A stretch of DNA of 41,420 nucleotides, taken from NCBI GenBank assembly GCA_028703095.1, contig JAQVNO010000002.1, forward strand, positions 1 through 41,420, read 5' to 3'. The notes beneath the pieces were generated by a model that had not been told where the DNA came from, did not search any database, and saw only the letters and a program-made list of their open reading frames with translations. This DNA is from Bacteroidales bacterium. GTDB lineage: Bacteria > Bacteroidota > Bacteroidia > Bacteroidales > WCHB1-69. Of this stretch, positions 1 through 8,867 are shown piece by piece (positions within the stretch are counted from its first letter, which is position 1; each line of letters opens with the position of its first letter). A program made the position numbers and the translations under genes.

Positions 1-297
1 ATCGGTAACGCGTAAAGCGGCTATCCTTTCACCCACAAAATCATCAAAGCCGGGGCAATCTATCATGTTAATTTTCACTCCTGCATGTTCTGCGTAAAGA
101 ACAGAGGAATAAATAGAATTCTGACGCTCCAATTCAATGTCTCTGTAATCGGAAACGGTATTTTTGTCGTCTACGCTTCCTCGGCGACTAATTACACCGC
201 CATGAAACAACATGGCTTCCGATAAGGTAGTTTTTCCGCAACGCGCTCCTCCTATAAGGGCAATATTTCTTATCTCACTCGTTTGATATACTTTCAT
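1..297 (-). CDS. Elongation factor G-family translational GTPase, N-terminal portion only (gene continues beyond window start)
   Basis: Reverse-strand translation from the ATG at 295-297 gives MKVYQTSEIRNIALIGGARCGKTTLSEAMLFHGG...INMIDCPGFDDF. It has G1 (GxxxxGKT) and G3 (DxPG) motifs in EF-G/EF-G2-like spacing. The ORF runs off the window edge, so it is absent from the ORF track. Confidence 0.8.
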   Translation of the reverse strand, partial: MKVYQTSEIRNIALIGGARCGKTTLSEAMLFHGGVISRRGSVDDKNTVSDYRDIELERQNSIYSSVLYAEHAGVKINMIDCPGFDDFVGERIAALRVTD

Positions 298-404
298 CTT
301 GATGCTTTTATGTTAATGTCGTAATGTGTTAGCTGTGTATAAGCCTTCTAATAAGCTGAATGTGTACGCTATTTATTTTTCGAAGCTTGTATTTTTTAAG
401 GCTG

Positions 405-412
405 CAAAGTTA
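405..412 (-). promoter_or_regulatory. Candidate Bacteroides-type -7 promoter box (TAacTTTG on minus strand) for the EF-G-family gene
   Basis: Plus-strand caaagtta is TAACTTTG on the minus strand, about 110 nt upstream of the ATG at 297. It matches the TAnnTTTG consensus. Confidence 0.35.
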
Positions 413-473
413 CAAAAATCAATAATATAAACAATCAATTCTTGAAAAATATTTTTATAAATTTAATAATAAT

Positions 474-503
474 AAAAAAGAAGAGAATAACCAAATTCTC
501 TTC
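474..503 (-). terminator. Rho-independent terminator downstream of the 162-aa OMP gene
   Basis: A 9-bp perfect stem (gaagagaat / attctcttc) with a 6-nt loop. On the minus strand a T-run follows it (plus-strand A6 at 474-479). It lies about 30 nt after the stop at 532. Confidence 0.55.
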
Positions 504-531
504 TTGTGGTTTTTGTTTAAAAAATTATACG

Positions 532-1020
532 TTAAAAGGTATAGCGGGCACTTGCATTAAAGAAACTATAATCGAAACGTACCGGGAAATAATTATTATA
601 TATATAGAAAGCTACACCGGGACGAATATCGGCTTGCAGTGTGAGGGGTATCTTTGCGAATTTATATTCTGCACCACCGATTGCATTTAACCCCAATCTA
701 AATCCTAAAGGATTATTTGAAAATACAGTTCCTCCAAAGGCAGGTCCTACACTAAGACCTCCGCCGGCAAACCAATAGAAACCGTTTTTAATGGCTTGTT
801 CATACATGAAGTTGCCATTCACGTCAGCACCTAATGCATAATGTGAAAAACGGAATCCAAAATCAACTTGGATAGCAAAATTATCGGCAACAAAGGTTTT
901 GTAAGAACCTCCTTCAATAAATCCTAAAATACCACCGATACTGTGTTTGTAAGGGGCTTGGGCTTGTGTGCTTAACGCACCTAACACGACAAATAAACAG
1001 ACAAATAACTTTGTTTTCAT
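532..1020 (-). CDS. Small outer-membrane beta-barrel protein (OmpW/OMP_b-brl-like), secreted
   Basis: Signal peptide MKTKLFVCLFVVLGALSTQAQA, alternating aromatic/Gly-rich beta-strand pattern and C-terminal ...ARYTF, typical of an OMP terminal Phe. Confidence 0.75.
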   Translation of the reverse strand: MKTKLFVCLFVVLGALSTQAQAPYKHSIGGILGFIEGGSYKTFVADNFAIQVDFGFRFSHYALGADVNGNFMYEQAIKNGFYWFAGGGLSVGPAFGGTVFSNNPLGFRLGLNAIGGAEYKFAKIPLTLQADIRPGVAFYIYNNYFPVRFDYSFFNASARYTF

Positions 1021-1112
1021 TTTTTGTAATTTTTTTAATATGTTAATTATTTAATGGTTTTATTTTTAAATTAAAGTCTAATAACGATAGAAGCGTATAA
1101 ATGTTGTATGTG

Positions 1113-1385
1113 TCAGCATTCATTGTGGATATATTTATAGTATAAGAATAAATCTACACTTACCAGCAGCATGTTAAATGCCCATAAATAAGTAACAAAA
1201 TCAAAATCGTTTATGATTTTATTAATGATACCAAAGGCATAGCCTAAAATAATAATCATCATAAAGAAAGGGCTTTTTCCTTTCACGATTTTGGTGCGTA
1301 AAGCTTTGATGATGGATACTGGCCAACTGATGGCAAAACAAAGCAACATTAATATTTCCCAAAAACTGAAATTACTTGCAGTCAT
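1113..1385 (-). CDS. 90-aa three-helix membrane protein, tentatively PQ-loop/SemiSWEET-like
   Basis: Three hydrophobic segments. A Pro-containing first helix is followed by the basic stretch WPVSIIKALRTKIVKGKS, and the length matches single PQ-loop units. The family call is tentative. Confidence 0.55.
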   Translation of the reverse strand: MTASNFSFWEILMLLCFAISWPVSIIKALRTKIVKGKSPFFMMIIILGYAFGIINKIINDFDFVTYLWAFNMLLVSVDLFLYYKYIHNEC

Positions 1386-1393
1386 AGTATGTA

Positions 1394-1999
1394 TTATTTA
1401 ATTCTGAATTTCATACGTCTCTCATTTGTTATTTCCACTTCCAGCACATCGTGTATGGCAAGAGGAATGGAAGGAAAAGGACAGCCGGTAAAAAGGATAT
1501 CGCCTGTTTTAAGTGTAAAATATGTAGATATATAAGCAATTAATGAGTTAATGGAAAAACACATGGAACCCGTATTGCCATGGGTAATTTCCGTATTGTT
1601 TTTGGTTAGTTTTATCTCCAGTTTGGTGATATCTTCGAAGGATGTCAGGGGATAAAAAGGACTCAGTGCTGCCGAGTTTTCAAAAACCGTACTGCTATCC
1701 CAGGGAAGTCCCTTGCGGATGCATGTTTCCTGTAATTTTTTATCAAAAAGATTAACGCCCACTGCTATTTCATGGAAATAGGTAGGAGCAAAGGACGCGT
1801 CAATGTATTTGCCTAGTTTATCGATGCGAATTACTAATTCCGCTTGTGCGTGAATATCTTCGGTAAATTCGGGGATGAAAAACGGTCGGTTGTTAGTGAG
1901 GATGGAAGTATCCGGTTTTAAATAAAAAAGGGGGTGTTTTATTGTGGGGAAAGTGCTTGTTATATGAGGATAATTATTATAAAAGCAAATAATTTTCAT
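1394..1999 (-). CDS. Fumarylacetoacetate hydrolase (FAH) family protein
   Basis: Length of 201 aa and FAH-like blocks: LKPDTSIL, HAQAELVIRIDK, GLPWDSSTVFENS and TLKTGDILFTGCP. Starts 3 nt after the sufS stop. Confidence 0.75.
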   Translation of the reverse strand: MKIICFYNNYPHITSTFPTIKHPLFYLKPDTSILTNNRPFFIPEFTEDIHAQAELVIRIDKLGKYIDASFAPTYFHEIAVGVNLFDKKLQETCIRKGLPWDSSTVFENSAALSPFYPLTSFEDITKLEIKLTKNNTEITHGNTGSMCFSINSLIAYISTYFTLKTGDILFTGCPFPSIPLAIHDVLEVEITNERRMKFRIK

Positions 2000-2002
2000 A
2001 AT

Positions 2003-3214
2003 TTAATTCAGCATTTTTTGAGCGGTAAGTAAGGCTTTAACCAGCATGTCAATATCGGATTTCGTGTTATAGATTGCGAACGAAGCTCTTACTGTTCCGG
2101 GGATCGTTAAGAAATCCATCAAAGGTTGAGTGCAATGATGTCCGGTTCTTACAGCAACACCCATAAAATCAATAAGCGTTCCCACGTCCGTAGGATGATG
2201 ATTTCCCAATAAAAAGGAAACAACGGCTGTTTTTTCTTTTGCAGTACCGATAAAACGGATGTCTTTAATGGCTTGCATTTGTTCTATGGCGTAATACAGC
2301 AAGTCTTTTTCGTAATTAATCATGTTTTGATGTCCGTATTTTTCAATAAACAACAAGGCATGTTGTAATCCTATGGCTCCTGCCACGTTGGGAGTGCCTG
2401 CTTCAAACTTAAAAGGCAAGGTATTGAAAGTGGTTTTTTCAAAGCTCACCTGTTCAATCATATCGCCTCCCCCTTGGTAGGGAGGTAGTTTATTGAGCCA
2501 TGATTCTTTGCCGTATAAAACACCGATTCCCATGGGAGCATAGATTTTATGTCCGGAGAAACAATAAAAATCGCAATCAAGTTCCTGTACATTGATACCG
2601 CACGATTTAATTCCTTGGGCTCCATCAATAAGTACCGGCACTTGGTGTGCATGGGCTGTATCGACGATGGCTTTAAGGGGATTAATAGTTCCTAAGGCAT
2701 TGGAAGCTTGTGTGATGGCAACTATTTTTGTTTTTTTGGAAAAAAGTTGTTCGTAGGCGTCCATCATTAATTCCCCTTGGACGGTGATGGGAATAATTTT
2801 AAGTTTTGCTCCGCTTTGCTCACAGGCTAATTGCCAAGGAACGATATTGGAATGATGTTCCATGGTGCTTATAATGATTTCATCACCGGGATGAAGTATT
2901 TCACGGGCAAAAGTGGCAGCAACTAAATTAATAGATTCTGTTGTGCCGCGAGTGAAAATGACTTCATGAGCGTGTTTGGCACCAATAAAGAGTTGTACTT
3001 GTTTACGGGCTTCTTCGTAGGCTTCGGTGGCAAGTTGACTTAAATGATGAACGCCGCGGTGTACATTGCTATTAATAGTTTCATAATACGTGTTAACGGC
3101 TTCAATGACAGAAACAGGCTTTTGTGTTGTTGCTGCATTGTCAAGATAAATCAAGGGCTTGCCGTGAACACGTTGTGATAATAGAGGAAATTCCGCAGGT
3201 ATGGTTTCAAACAT
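2003..3214 (-). CDS. sufS: Cysteine desulfurase, SufS-type class V aminotransferase
   Basis: IYLDNAATTQKP, HHSNIVPWQ, PLP-lysine block FSGHKIYAPMGIGVLYGK and catalytic-Cys block RTGHHCTQPL. Confidence 0.9.
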   Translation of the reverse strand: MFETIPAEFPLLSQRVHGKPLIYLDNAATTQKPVSVIEAVNTYYETINSNVHRGVHHLSQLATEAYEEARKQVQLFIGAKHAHEVIFTRGTTESINLVAATFAREILHPGDEIIISTMEHHSNIVPWQLACEQSGAKLKIIPITVQGELMMDAYEQLFSKKTKIVAITQASNALGTINPLKAIVDTAHAHQVPVLIDGAQGIKSCGINVQELDCDFYCFSGHKIYAPMGIGVLYGKESWLNKLPPYQGGGDMIEQVSFEKTTFNTLPFKFEAGTPNVAGAIGLQHALLFIEKYGHQNMINYEKDLLYYAIEQMQAIKDIRFIGTAKEKTAVVSFLLGNHHPTDVGTLIDFMGVAVRTGHHCTQPLMDFLTIPGTVRASFAIYNTKSDIDMLVKALLTAQKMLN

Positions 3215-3217
3215 AGA

Positions 3218-3688
3218 TTATTTCATGATTTTTAAGTAGCGAGCGTAAAACAAAACGAATGCAAGCGCTAAGAGAAGATTCCCGATATTAAAAGGAGCAT
3301 GTAAAATTAATAAGGGCAATCCTATCACCAAAAGTTGACTGATGGTATAGATGTGAAATCCTATTTTACGAAGCAGTATCATCAAGGTAGCTCCGGTGAT
3401 GGATAAAAAATATACTACTGCTAAGAGCAGAAAATAATAGGGAGGCATGCTTGAGAAGGTCTCTGCTAAGTCGAGATACATTTTTCCATATTGTCCGCCG
3501 ATAATATCCGCCATGTTTATCATCATGTCAGGAATTTTATCATAATAAGCATAGGAAAAGATTTGTGATAATAAAGAGAAGCCACTACCTATAAATGTTA
3601 ATATACACAAGGTAGTTAAGAAAGCAGGACGTTTATTTTTGGTGTTATCCGGCTCGTTTGCGAAGTATTGGGGGTTGTTATTGTCCAT
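3218..3688 (-). CDS. Hypothetical integral membrane protein (about 4 TM)
   Basis: ORF with a polar N-terminus followed by four hydrophobic segments. It is tightly packed between rnfB-like and sufS (3-nt gap to sufS). No recognisable motif. Confidence 0.6.
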   Translation of the reverse strand: MDNNNPQYFANEPDNTKNKRPAFLTTLCILTFIGSGFSLLSQIFSYAYYDKIPDMMINMADIIGGQYGKMYLDLAETFSSMPPYYFLLLAVVYFLSITGATLMILLRKIGFHIYTISQLLVIGLPLLILHAPFNIGNLLLALAFVLFYARYLKIMK

Positions 3689-3742
3689 TATATTTTGAAG
3701 TTAAATAGGTTATAAAAATAAGAAACAGAGTCAATACTCTAT

Positions 3743-4573
3743 TTATTCGGTTGCTGTGCTTGTTTGCAGCAATGTAAGGATAGCCCCTGTTGGGCAACCG
3801 GCAACACATTTGAGACAAGCGGTACATTTGGCAGAATCAATAAAAGCCAAGTTATTTTCAATGGTAATAGCACCAAATTCACAAGCTTTTTCACATTTAC
3901 GGCAAGCGATGCAAGCTACTTTGCAGTTTTTCTTAGCATCAACGCCTTTTTCTTTGTTCATACAGGACACCCAAACGGCATTGTTGTCTTGTTTATTTCT
4001 GATTTCAATGATATTGCGAGGGCAAGCTTTCACACAAGCCCCACACAGCACGCAGGTTTCGTAATTAACAATTGGTAAGCCTGTGTTTTGGTCAATGTGA
4101 AGACTGTTAAAATTACAAGCTTTTACACAATCGCCTAAGCCTAAGCATCCGTAGCCGCAGGCACTTTCGCCGGCACCCAAGGAATGGGCATAGGCACAAG
4201 AAACGATTGAATCGTAATTGTATTTATGAGGGGCATTTTCGAGTGTGCCGTTGCAACGGATAATGCATAGCTTTGGCTCCATGACACTTGCTGTTTCTCC
4301 CATAACTTCAGCTATTTTACTGTTCGCATCATTGCCTCCTGCCGGGCAGGTTTTCCCTTCTAAGCTGCCACTTTTAACAATAGCTTCTGCTAAAGCTCTG
4401 CAACCGGCATAGCCGCAACCACCGCAATTGGCGCCGGGCAACAAGTCGGCTATGACATCTATCTTCGGATCTTCATATACTTTGAACTTTTGGGAAAGAA
4501 AATACAAAATAACGGCGGCTACAATGCCAACACCACCTAGTGTAATTACTGCGTAAATAATAGTTTGACTCAT
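3743..4573 (-). CDS. rnfB: RnfB/RsxB-like membrane-anchored polyferredoxin (Fe-S cluster domain plus several 4Fe-4S ferredoxin motifs)
   Basis: N-terminal TM anchor, [13 protein letters not shown] block, then repeated CxxCxxCxxxCP motifs ([35 protein letters not shown]). Confidence 0.75.
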   Translation of the reverse strand: MSQTIIYAVITLGGVGIVAAVILYFLSQKFKVYEDPKIDVIADLLPGANCGGCGYAGCRALAEAIVKSGSLEGKTCPAGGNDANSKIAEVMGETASVMEPKLCIIRCNGTLENAPHKYNYDSIVSCAYAHSLGAGESACGYGCLGLGDCVKACNFNSLHIDQNTGLPIVNYETCVLCGACVKACPRNIIEIRNKQDNNAVWVSCMNKEKGVDAKKNCKVACIACRKCEKACEFGAITIENNLAFIDSAKCTACLKCVAGCPTGAILTLLQTSTATE

Positions 4574-4610
4574 TTTAAAAGAATTTTTAAACCTTTTTTA
4601 TTATGATTGG

Positions 4611-4618
4611 CAAAGGTA
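4611..4618 (-). promoter_or_regulatory. Candidate -7 promoter box (TAccTTTG on minus strand) for the rnfB-led operon
   Basis: Plus-strand caaaggta, 38-45 nt upstream of the rnfB-like ATG (4573). Confidence 0.35.
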
Positions 4619-4888
4619 TAAAAAAAATATATGTTTTCTATTTCTTTTTCACCTTTTTTCGCTTTTTATTGACACAAGCTTTTTTGGATTATGGTACCAC
4701 CTTGTCGGGGATTTACTGCCGTTTTGTCAGAAAAGAAAGAATGATGACAGCAAGGGGAAATCAGTTAAATAGTAATAAAACAGGCATGTAGAGTATTTGA
4801 AGCCCGTTTTTCAGGCTTTTGGCATAATGATTGAGAATAGCTAAGAAATTTAAAAAAAAGAAATTAATCATATAAATATTTAAAAATA

Positions 4889-6784
4889 ATGGGAAAAATA
4901 ATAGGAATTGATTTAGGAACAACCAACTCATGCGTTGCTGTAATGGAAGGTAATGAGCCGGTTGTTATACCCAATAGTGAAGGAAACAGAACAACCCCGT
5001 CTATCATTGGTTTTATTGAAAACGGAGAACGAAAAATCGGAGACCCGGCAAAAAGACAAGCCGTAACGAATCCTCAGAAAACGGTTTCTTCCATTAAGCG
5101 TTTTATGGGTGAAACGTTTGATAGGGTTGATAAAGAAGTGAAACGTGTTAGTTATACCGTTGTTAAAGGAGATAATAATACACCGCGTGTCAAGATAGAC
5201 GATCGCTTATATACTCCGCAGGAAATATCGGCAATGATACTTCAAAAGATGAAGAAAACAGCCGAGGATTATTTGGGACAAGAAGTTACAGAGGCTGTTA
5301 TTACAGTTCCTGCCTACTTCAGCGACTCACAACGTCAGGCAACAAAAGAAGCGGGCGAAATAGCAGGCTTGAATGTAAAACGTATCATCAACGAACCTAC
5401 TGCTGCTGCGTTGGCTTACGGGCTGGATAAAAAAATGTCCGATTCTAAAGTAGCGGTCTTTGACCTTGGCGGAGGTACTTTCGATATTTCTATCCTTGAA
5501 CTTGGAGACGGGGTTTTCGAAGTGAAATCTACCAATGGAGACACTCACCTTGGTGGAGATGATTTCGACCATGTTATCATTGATTGGTTAGCGGAAGAAT
5601 TTAAAAAAGAATATAATATTGACCTTCGCAAAGATCCGATGGCACACCAACGTTTGAAAGAAGCTGCCGAAAAAGCAAAAATCGAATTGTCGAGTGCTAC
5701 TTCTACAGAAATAAATCTTCCTTATATTATGCCTGTTGATGGTGTTCCAAAGCACTTGGTAAAAACCTTAAGTCGTGCGAAGTTTGAACAATTGTGCGAT
5801 CACTTGATACGTGCTACCATCGAGCCTTGTAAAAAAGCACTTAGCGATGCCGGTTTGAAAGCAGCCGATATCAACGAAGTGATTTTGGTAGGTGGTTCTA
5901 CCCGTATTCCTGCTATTCAAAAAGTAGTGGAAGATTTCTTCGGAAAAACTCCTTCTAAAGGGGTAAATCCTGACGAAGTGGTAGCCGTAGGAGCTGCTAT
6001 TCAAGGTGGTGTGCTTACAGGTGAAGTGAAAGACGTGCTTTTACTTGATGTAACACCTTTATCCCTGGGAATTGAAACTTTGGGTGGTGTAATGACCCGC
6101 TTAATAGAATCAAACACAACCATTCCAACCAAAAAATCGGAAGTGTTCTCTACCGCTGCCGACAACCAAACATCTGTCGAAATACATGTGTTGCAAGGCG
6201 AACGTCCCATGGCAAGTGGAAACAAGAGCATAGGCCGTTTCCATTTGGATGGTATTATGCCCGCTCCCAGAGGAATTCCTCAAATTGAAGTTACTTTTGA
6301 TATCGATTCTAACGGTATTCTCAATGTAACCGCCAAAGACAAAGCAACGGGTAAAGAACAAAAAATCCGTATCGAAGCTTCTTCCGGTTTAACCGATAGC
6401 GAGATAGAACGTATGAAAAACGAAGCTACTGCCAATGCAGAAGCTGATAAAAAAATAAAAGAAGAAGTTGACAAACTGAATGCTGCTGATACCATGATTT
6501 TCAGTACCGAAAAACAATTGAAAGAATATGGCGATAAGATACCTGCCGATAAAAAAGCCGCTATCGAAGCCGTACTCGAACGCTTAAAAGAAGTACATAA
6601 AAACAAAGACCTTGTTGGTATAGATGCAAGTATGAATGAAATGAATCAATTGTGGAATAGCATTTCTCAGGAAATGTATAATGCACAAAATCAACAAACC
6701 CCTCCTCAAGAACCTACACAAGATGCGGAGAACACCAAAAAAGACGATGAAGTAACGGATGTTGATTTTGAAGAAGTAAAATAA
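4889..6784 (+). CDS. dnaK: Molecular chaperone DnaK (Hsp70)
   Basis: [37 protein letters not shown] and full-length Hsp70 architecture with an acidic C-terminus. Confidence 0.98.
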   Translation: MGKIIGIDLGTTNSCVAVMEGNEPVVIPNSEGNRTTPSIIGFIENGERKIGDPAKRQAVTNPQKTVSSIKRFMGETFDRVDKEVKRVSYTVVKGDNNTPRVKIDDRLYTPQEISAMILQKMKKTAEDYLGQEVTEAVITVPAYFSDSQRQATKEAGEIAGLNVKRIINEPTAAALAYGLDKKMSDSKVAVFDLGGGTFDISILELGDGVFEVKSTNGDTHLGGDDFDHVIIDWLAEEFKKEYNIDLRKDPMAHQRLKEAAEKAKIELSSATSTEINLPYIMPVDGVPKHLVKTLSRAKFEQLCDHLIRATIEPCKKALSDAGLKAADINEVILVGGSTRIPAIQKVVEDFFGKTPSKGVNPDEVVAVGAAIQGGVLTGEVKDVLLLDVTPLSLGIETLGGVMTRLIESNTTIPTKKSEVFSTAADNQTSVEIHVLQGERPMASGNKSIGRFHLDGIMPAPRGIPQIEVTFDIDSNGILNVTAKDKATGKEQKIRIEASSGLTDSEIERMKNEATANAEADKKIKEEVDKLNAADTMIFSTEKQLKEYGDKIPADKKAAIEAVLERLKEVHKNKDLVGIDASMNEMNQLWNSISQEMYNAQNQQTPPQEPTQDAENTKKDDEVTDVDFEEVK

Positions 6785-6802
6785 GAAAATAAAATACGGT
6801 AT

Positions 6803-6834
6803 AAGAGCTGTCTTAAGGGATGGCTCTTTTTTTT
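6803..6834 (+). terminator. Rho-independent terminator after dnaK
   Basis: aagagc ... gctctt stem followed by a T-run of about 9-10 nt, about 20 nt after the dnaK stop. Confidence 0.55.
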
Positions 6835-6894
6835 ACATTTAAAAAATAAACAAAGCTGCCCAAACGTTACATAGAAGGTAAAAAACAATAAAAA

Positions 6895-7890
6895 ATGACA
6901 AATACAGTGGATATTAAAGAATTAAACGATCGCATTCAAAGAGAAAGCTCTTTTGTTGATATTGTAAACATGGAAATGAGTAAAGTCATTATCGGACAAA
7001 AATCAATGGTAGAACAAATGTTTATCGGTTTATTATCGAATGGACATATACTGTTGGAAGGAGTTCCTGGTTTAGCAAAAACCTTAGCAATTAAATCCAT
7101 GGCGAATATTATTCAGGCGAAGTTCAGTCGCATACAATTTACCCCCGATTTGTTGCCGGCCGATTTAATAGGGACAATGATTTATAGCCAGAAGAAAGAA
7201 GAGTTTATCGTTAAAAAAGGTCCAATATTCGCTAATTTTATATTGGCAGATGAAATAAACCGTGCTCCCGCAAAAGTACAAAGTGCCTTGTTGGAAGCCA
7301 TGCAGGAACGTCAGGTTACCATCGGAGAAATTTCCTATCCTTTATCGGAACCGTTTTTAGTAATGGCAACGCAAAATCCTATCGAACAGGAAGGCACTTA
7401 TCCTCTTCCTGAAGCTCAATTAGACCGTTTTATGTTGAAAATTGTTATAGGTTACCCAACGAAAGAGGAAGAAAAATTGATATTGCGTCAGAATATAGGC
7501 TGTGTTAAAAATGAAACCCAATCATGCCTTAAAGCCGAAGACATCATCCATGCACGCGAGGTGGTACGCGAAGTATATGTAGACGAAAAAATTGAAAATT
7601 ATATTACTGATATTGTTTTTGCTTCCCGTTATCCTTCACAATACGGATTAAAGAAGTTTGAAAACATGATAAATTACGGGGCATCGCCGCGTGCTTCTAT
7701 CAATTTAGCATTGGCAGCCAAAGCCTATGCTTTTATTAAACGTCGCGGATACGTTATTCCCGAAGATGTGCGTGCCGTTTGTTTGTCTGTAATGCGTCAT
7801 CGTATCGGATTAACGTATGAAGCCGAAGCAGAGAATATTGCTACCGATGATATTGTGAACACCATTCTTAATACGGGGGAAGTTCCTTAG
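6895..7890 (+). CDS. MoxR-family AAA+ ATPase
   Basis: Walker A GVPGLAKT, FSRIQFTPDLLPADLIG, Walker B ILADEINRAPAKVQSALLEAMQERQVT and VMATQNPIEQEGTYPLPEAQLDRF. Confidence 0.92.
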   Translation: MTNTVDIKELNDRIQRESSFVDIVNMEMSKVIIGQKSMVEQMFIGLLSNGHILLEGVPGLAKTLAIKSMANIIQAKFSRIQFTPDLLPADLIGTMIYSQKKEEFIVKKGPIFANFILADEINRAPAKVQSALLEAMQERQVTIGEISYPLSEPFLVMATQNPIEQEGTYPLPEAQLDRFMLKIVIGYPTKEEEKLILRQNIGCVKNETQSCLKAEDIIHAREVVREVYVDEKIENYITDIVFASRYPSQYGLKKFENMINYGASPRASINLALAAKAYAFIKRRGYVIPEDVRAVCLSVMRHRIGLTYEAEAENIATDDIVNTILNTGEVP

Positions 7891-7922
7891 AATACATTTG
7901 TAAAAAAAAACACTTTATTCTC

Positions 7923-8792
7923 ATGGAATCTTCGGAATTATTAAAGAAAGTACGAAAAATCGAAATCCGTACCCGCACATTGACACAACAAGTGTTTTCG
8001 GGTCAATACCACAGCGCCTTTAAAGGAAGAGGTATGGCTTTCAGTGAAGTACGTGAATATAATTATGGCGATGATATACGTTCCATCGATTGGAATGTAA
8101 CGGCTCGTTTCAATCATCCTTATGTTAAGATTTTCGAAGAAGAACGTGAGCTTACAGTAATGATACTTATCGATGTGAGTGCCTCCAATATGTTTGGAAC
8201 CAGAGGCATGTATAAAAAAGTTCTTATCACCGAACTGGCAGCGGTACTCTCGTTTTCGGCAATTACCAACAACGATAAAGTAGGGGTGATTTTCTTTAGC
8301 AAGTACATTGAAAAGTTTATTCCTCCTCAAAAAGGCAGAACGCATATATTGCGCATAATACGTGAATTGATTAATCATGAACCTACAGACAAACAAACCG
8401 ATGTTTCCGAAGCCCTGCGCTATTTCAGCAATGCCATTAAAAAAAGATGTACCGCCTTTGTGATTTCTGATTTTCTCGATCAGAATTTTGAAACGGCATT
8501 GAAAATAGCGAAAAATAAACACGATATCGTTGCCATACAAACAATAGATAAAGGAGAGTTTGTTATTCCTCGCATGGGATTACTGCAAATTAAAGATGCG
8601 GAATCGGGGGAAATTTCATTGATTGATACTTCCGATAAAGCGTTTCAGAATAGCTATATACAATGGTGGAAAAACAAAGAAAAACAACTACAGGATGTTT
8701 TTCAGAAAACCGGAGTAGACCATGTAAAACTTTTTACCGACAAAGATTATGTGCCGGCACTTAAAAATCTGTTTCTAAAACGGAGTGTTTAA
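7923..8792 (+). CDS. DUF58 (vWA-like) protein, the usual MoxR partner
   Basis: G(R)GMAFSEVREYNYGDDIRSIDWNVTAR block and the following DVSASM-like block (IDVSASNMFG). Lies immediately downstream of moxR. Confidence 0.85.
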   Translation: MESSELLKKVRKIEIRTRTLTQQVFSGQYHSAFKGRGMAFSEVREYNYGDDIRSIDWNVTARFNHPYVKIFEEERELTVMILIDVSASNMFGTRGMYKKVLITELAAVLSFSAITNNDKVGVIFFSKYIEKFIPPQKGRTHILRIIRELINHEPTDKQTDVSEALRYFSNAIKKRCTAFVISDFLDQNFETALKIAKNKHDIVAIQTIDKGEFVIPRMGLLQIKDAESGEISLIDTSDKAFQNSYIQWWKNKEKQLQDVFQKTGVDHVKLFTDKDYVPALKNLFLKRSV

Positions 8793-8867
8793 TTACATTT
8801 TTTTTCAACATCGTATATTAGTTTTGTGTGTAATTTCGTTACATATATACAAAACCTAAAAAAAAAT

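Noticed and set aside
3756-4078. Two plus-strand ORFs (102 and 104 aa) inside the rnfB-like gene
   Set aside because: They are antisense shadows of a Cys-codon-rich gene, with no independent support.
4603-4791. 62-aa plus-strand ORF in the dnaK upstream region
   Set aside because: It overlaps the candidate rnfB promoter box. The sequence is low-complexity and Phe-rich with no recognisable family. It is more likely non-coding leader or intergenic DNA.
4574-4888. CIRCE/HrcA operator or sigma-32-type promoter upstream of dnaK, and similarly upstream of grpE
   Set aside because: No TTAGCACTC-N9-GAGTGCTAA-like inverted repeat and no convincing CTTGAAA-N13-15-CCCCAT arrangement were found by eye.
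7941-8540. 199-aa minus-strand ORF antisense to the DUF58 gene
   Set aside because: It lies entirely inside a well-supported plus-strand gene. Its composition is junk-like (rich in Phe/Ile/Arg/Cys) with no motifs, signal or promoter. It is a shadow ORF.
8826-8867. Upstream non-ATG ORF-track starts: GTG at 8826, TTG at 17533, and the non-ATG start at 22551
   Set aside because: In each case a downstream ATG yields a cleaner N-terminus (a signal peptide at 8868 and 22572, MFRKERV at about 17506). The extension overlaps a terminator hairpin at 22524-22563 or a -7 promoter box at 17531-17538.
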